Source: Candidatus Heimdallarchaeota archaeon
GTDB taxonomy: Archaea; Asgardarchaeota; Heimdallarchaeia; Heimdallarchaeales; Heimdallarchaeaceae
Length of the DNA: 10,522 bases
Assembly (NCBI GenBank): GCA_021399345.1
Contig: JAAFKI010000137.1
Coordinates: 1 to 10,522, forward strand
Direction of reading: 5' to 3'
The position numbers and the translations under genes were made by a program. Numbering within the stretch: position 1 is the stretch's first letter; every line of letters starts with the position of its first letter. Below are positions 7,287 to 10,522 of the stretch, piece after piece. The notes under the pieces are model-generated. The model was not told the origin of the DNA. It saw only the letters and a list, made by a program, of their open reading frames with translations, and searched no databases.

Positions 7287-8321
7287 ATGGCTACATACGC
7301 AGAAAAATCCAGAGGGGATGGAACTCTACAAAATGGGGAAAATGGAATCCCTCTTTTAGTTGCAGAAGATATCATTAAAATCTACCAAACTGGAAAAATC
7401 GAGACTCAAGCTCTTAGAGGTGTATCTTTTAAAGTTCATTCCAGAGAAAAACTCTTTCTTATTGGAGCCAGTGGAAGCGGTAAAACAACACTAGTGAGTA
7501 TAGTTGCTGGAATTACTAAACCTACCTCTGGTAAAGTATTTTGGAAAGATCTTTCTAAAGACATCACTAGATCAAGCTTAGAAGAGATAATTAAAGCCAG
7601 AAGGGCTTTTGCTGGTGTAGTTTTTCAAGATAGTCGATTACTTCCTCATTTAACTGTAAAAGAAAATATTGAACTTGCAGGCTTTTATGCTAAGGTCCCC
7701 CCCAGAATCGCGAAAAAACGAGCAGAATTTCTATTGCAATTTCTTGGTATTTGGGACAAAAGGAATAAAAAAGAAAATACCTTGTCGGGAGGAGAGAAGA
7801 AAAGAGCTGCTATTGCAACTACTCTAATAACTAATCCTAGAATATTGATAGGAGATGAACCAACAGGTGATTTAGACGTTGTTACTGCAGAAAGTATTCT
7901 CGATTTATTTGATCGCATAAATGAAGAATTAGGTATTGCTCTCTGTATTGTAACTCACTCCCAACAAGTTGCTGCTAGAGCAGATAGAATATTAGAAATA
8001 AAAGATGGGATAATTATAGGCCGCCATGGAAAAGAAGTAATACTAAGAAAACTTGATGAAAGTCGTTTACTCGAAATAGATAGGCAAGAAAGAATAGTTC
8101 TTCCCAGAGAAATTCTTCAGAATGTAAAAAATCCCACCCATTTCACTGCATCTACAAAAGAAGGAAAAATAATCCTCAATCCTGTCTTTGACCCAAATCT
8201 TTACAAAAACAATATTCAAGATGTTGTTACATGCTCAGTGTGTGGAAAGTTGGTCAGAGATAACGCACGCTTCTGTAATTCTTGTGGCTCCACAATTACT
8301 AATAAAAAGGGAACGAAATGA
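7287..8321 (+). CDS. ABC transporter ATP-binding protein (LolD/MacB/FtsE type) with C-terminal AbrB-like segment and zinc ribbon
   Basis: Walker A GASGSGKT, Q-loop VFQD, signature LSGGE, Walker B/D-loop ILIGDEPTGDLD and H-loop VTH. The tail has 'EIDRQERIVLPREIL' and CSVC-x10-CNSC. Start placed at 7287 after GGAG; the track gives 7242. Confidence 0.9.
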   Translation: MATYAEKSRGDGTLQNGENGIPLLVAEDIIKIYQTGKIETQALRGVSFKVHSREKLFLIGASGSGKTTLVSIVAGITKPTSGKVFWKDLSKDITRSSLEEIIKARRAFAGVVFQDSRLLPHLTVKENIELAGFYAKVPPRIAKKRAEFLLQFLGIWDKRNKKENTLSGGEKKRAAIATTLITNPRILIGDEPTGDLDVVTAESILDLFDRINEELGIALCIVTHSQQVAARADRILEIKDGIIIGRHGKEVILRKLDESRLLEIDRQERIVLPREILQNVKNPTHFTASTKEGKIILNPVFDPNLYKNNIQDVVTCSVCGKLVRDNARFCNSCGSTITNKKGTK

Positions 8322-8788
8322 GTAAGAAAGAAAAACCTTGGAAGGCAAAAGAAGTAGATGATATACAATCAAAATATCAAACACAAGAAGATTCATCAAC
8401 TCAAAAACTTAAGGTAAACTGGGTAAGAATAGCTTTGCTAGGATTTTTTTCTTCACTTGTTTTTGTTATTATTGATGTAATTCTAATTCTGAGCTTCTAT
8501 TTTGGGTTTGATACTGAAATAGCTTTCATCCTATTTTTCATGCAGTATGTAATATTTGGAGAGGCAGGGCTGGTCATCTTTATTGGAGCGTGTTTTGGGA
8601 ATTTTGGACAATCAACACTAGTTTCCAACCTTAAGGAAAGACTTATTGGTTCAGATCCTATTTCTAAAGATAGTTTCAGAGAAGCTACATTTAATTCGTT
8701 TACATACTATTTTGGGGGAGGGCTCCTAATTTTATATGGTCTTGTTTTATGGCAAATTCTTAGGTTAGTGATACTTTTAAACCAATAG
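8318..8788 (+). CDS. Hypothetical membrane protein (3 predicted TM helices)
   Basis: 156-aa ORF overlapping the ATPase stop by ATGA (8318-8321), implying translational coupling. Three hydrophobic segments. Confidence 0.8.
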   Translation: MSKKEKPWKAKEVDDIQSKYQTQEDSSTQKLKVNWVRIALLGFFSSLVFVIIDVILILSFYFGFDTEIAFILFFMQYVIFGEAGLVIFIGACFGNFGQSTLVSNLKERLIGSDPISKDSFREATFNSFTYYFGGGLLILYGLVLWQILRLVILLNQ

Positions 8789-8794
8789 AGCACC

Positions 8795-8818
8795 ATTATT
8801 GGAATTAAATCCAATAAT
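8795..8818. repeat. Perfect 9-bp inverted repeat ATTATTGGA-n6-TCCAATAAT (terminator hairpin or dimeric transcription factor site)
   Basis: Arms at 8795-8803 and 8810-8818, starting 6 nt after the stop at 8788. Confidence 0.7.
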
Positions 8819-8854
8819 TAGAATCAAAAGAACAACTTGTAAAAAAGAACCAGT

Positions 8855-8907
8855 TTAATAATTGAAATGAAAACCCTGAAATCAAGATTAATAATTGAAA
8901 TGAAAAC
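8855..8907 (+). repeat. Perfect 20-bp direct repeat TTAATAATTGAAATGAAAAC, 2 copies, 33-bp period
   Basis: Copies at 8855-8874 and 8888-8907, separated by CCTGAAATCAAGA. Confidence 0.9.
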
Positions 8908-8908
8908 A

Positions 8909-8992
8909 CACAAACTTTATTAAAGAGTTAATCAACTTTTTCTTGCTTCCACTAACATGTTAAATGTATAAAGTGGAATTTTGAAAAGGTGA
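8909..8992 (+). promoter_or_regulatory. Putative BRE/TATA (TTTATTAA 8916-8923), 5'-UTR hairpin (8947-8978) and Shine-Dalgarno AGGTGA (8987-8992)
   Basis: TTCCACT/AGTGGAA arms begin where the TATA spacing predicts the transcript start. GGTGA lies 8 nt before ATG 9001. Confidence 0.55.
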
Positions 8993-9000
8993 AAAAAACA

Positions 9001-10522
9001 ATGAATAAAAAAGCAATCTTAGGTTTAGGCTTAGTAGTCTTATTTGGATTATCCGTGGCACTAGGTCAAACACAAGCTCAGGAAACTGAGTTGCAAGAAG
9101 TTTTTTCTATTAACTTGTTGTCACCCAATACAAGCGCAGCTCGAAATCAATGGTCATTATTGATGGAGAACCAATTACCAAAAATTGGTATTGGTGTAGA
9201 TTTCCATGAATCAACTGGTTGGGGTAACATTGCCCCCCGTACATGGGCATATCCATTAATTGACTTTGATTACATTCCAACCTATGCAGAAGGTGGTTAT
9301 GATATCCTTTTTGTTGGGTGGAGTTGGGGTCTTGATTGGGATCCAACTGGTCTATTTGACACTGCAAGTTTACCACCATTTGGTGATAACTTCTACCAAT
9401 ACGTGAACCCAGCATATGATGATAAACTAACTCAATATTTAACAGAGTTAGATCAACCAACTCAAATTGGTTATGCTAAAGAAATGCAAGCTATGCTTTA
9501 TGAAGACTTACCAGCAATCATTCTTATCTATCCAAAGTCACTCTTTGGTTTCAAAGAAGGACTTACTGGAATTGATGGACTTCTATTGGGTGCAGGTTCA
9601 GCAAGATATGAATTCTGGGATGACCCAGCTGACCATGTAATTAAATACGCTATTCCTGCAGATCTAAAAGAAAACAACATATATGCTCAATCATCATTCT
9701 ATGATGCCCAATGGATGCAAGGAGTTTATGGAAGTCTATATGCAAGAGCACAAATTACAAATCTCTGGGAACCAATGATCGCAGCAGGTTTTCCAACCTA
9801 CAGTTCTGACAATAAAAACATAACAGTTGCATTAGATCCTGACGCTAAGTTCAGTGATGGAAGTCCTGTTCTTGCTGAAGATTTTGTATATACTATGCAA
9901 CTTCACTTGACTCCAGCAGTTAGCTCACTATCATATAGTTATTACAACACTTGGTTTGCTGATAATAATTCAATATATGCAGAAGGTGACCATATAGTTC
10001 ATTTCAACATGACTGACGTGAACGCGTTTGCTTTAGGAACAATTTCCTATGGTATTATTGACAAAAGTGTTGTCGAGCCATTAATTGTCGCACCTGGTTA
10101 TTCCATCTTCAATGACGTACCACTTACTGGTGCTGTCGGAGATGCTCTAGTCAGATCCTGTGGTCCATTCGTTCTAACTGAGTATGACCCAATCACTAGC
10201 ACTGTACTACTTACTCCAAACACATTCTACGATAATCTAGCCGGTTATGATGCTCCTCTGTTAACTGAATGGTGGATGACCTTCATCTCTGGTAAAGATA
10301 CAGCAGTAGCTTCATTAATCGATGGAACTGTAGATATCGTAGATGCACAATACTACCCAGTTGTAGCAGATTTCGATCAAGCTGGTGTTGAAGGTATTCT
10401 TGTAAGTGATCCATCTCATCAAGAAATGGCTATCAACTTGAAACATCCTGTCTTTGGAACTGGTGAATTAACCCCTGTAGGAACTCCTGCAGCAGCTAAA
10501 GCAGTCCGTAAAGCAATCAGTC
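9001..10522 (+). CDS. ABC transporter substrate-binding protein, family 5 (OppA/DppA-like), secreted, with rearranged domain order; runs off the window edge
   Basis: Manual translation is open from ATG 9001 to the end (507 codons). Signal peptide MNKKAILGLGLVVLFGLSVALGQTQA. Family-5 motifs: 'QLPKIGIGV', 'GGYDILFVGW', 'DNFYQYVNPAYDDKL', 'MQAMLYEDLPAIILIY', 'SSDNKNITVALDPDAKFSDGSPVLAEDFVYT', 'CGPFVLTEY', 'LIDGTVDI', 'VRKAIS'. Missing from the ORF track because it has no stop in the window. Confidence 0.92.
   Translation, partial: MNKKAILGLGLVVLFGLSVALGQTQAQETELQEVFSINLLSPNTSAARNQWSLLMENQLPKIGIGVDFHESTGWGNIAPRTWAYPLIDFDYIPTYAEGGYDILFVGWSWGLDWDPTGLFDTASLPPFGDNFYQYVNPAYDDKLTQYLTELDQPTQIGYAKEMQAMLYEDLPAIILIYPKSLFGFKEGLTGIDGLLLGAGSARYEFWDDPADHVIKYAIPADLKENNIYAQSSFYDAQWMQGVYGSLYARAQITNLWEPMIAAGFPTYSSDNKNITVALDPDAKFSDGSPVLAEDFVYTMQLHLTPAVSSLSYSYYNTWFADNNSIYAEGDHIVHFNMTDVNAFALGTISYGIIDKSVVEPLIVAPGYSIFNDVPLTGAVGDALVRSCGPFVLTEYDPITSTVLLTPNTFYDNLAGYDAPLLTEWWMTFISGKDTAVASLIDGTVDIVDAQYYPVVADFDQAGVEGILVSDPSHQEMAINLKHPVFGTGELTPVGTPAAAKAVRKAIS

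Noticed and set aside
6141-7918. Minus-strand ORFs 6141..6365, 6660..6857, 6942..7124, 7169..7375 and 7685..7918
   Set aside because: Antisense to well-supported plus-strand genes, with no independent coding signal.
8855-8907. Mini CRISPR array (repeat contains ATTGAAA and ends GAAAAC)
   Set aside because: Only two 20-bp copies with a 13-nt spacer, far too short for a CRISPR spacer, and no cas genes in the window.
9110-9460. 116-aa minus-strand ORF
   Set aside because: Lies wholly antisense to the solute-binding protein gene starting at 9001.

Overview
AT-rich window that looks archaeal: TATA-like boxes lie about 22-30 nt upstream of several start codons and a GGTGA Shine-Dalgarno precedes the last gene. 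The gene content suggests an Asgard/Heimdallarchaeia-like genome, but this is inference. From left to right it holds a partial membrane-embedded M28 peptidase (-, missed by the ORF track), a 61-aa protein with a possible truncated histone-fold pattern (-), an intergenic structured-RNA candidate, and a TetR regulator (-). Next come an APH(3')-like phosphotransferase (+), a YwrD/HpxW-type gamma-glutamyltransferase (+) and an orphan EutA reactivase (-). The right part holds a polytopic membrane protein (+), a LolD-type ABC ATPase with an AbrB-like plus zinc-ribbon tail (+), a small membrane protein (+) and a promoter region with a perfect 20-bp direct repeat. It ends in a partial family-5 (OppA/DppA-like) solute-binding protein with rearranged domain order (+, missed by the ORF track). 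No mobile element, tRNA, rRNA or CRISPR array is supported. The best leads are the permuted solute-binding protein, the histone-like microprotein with its upstream RNA hairpin, and EutA without eutBC.
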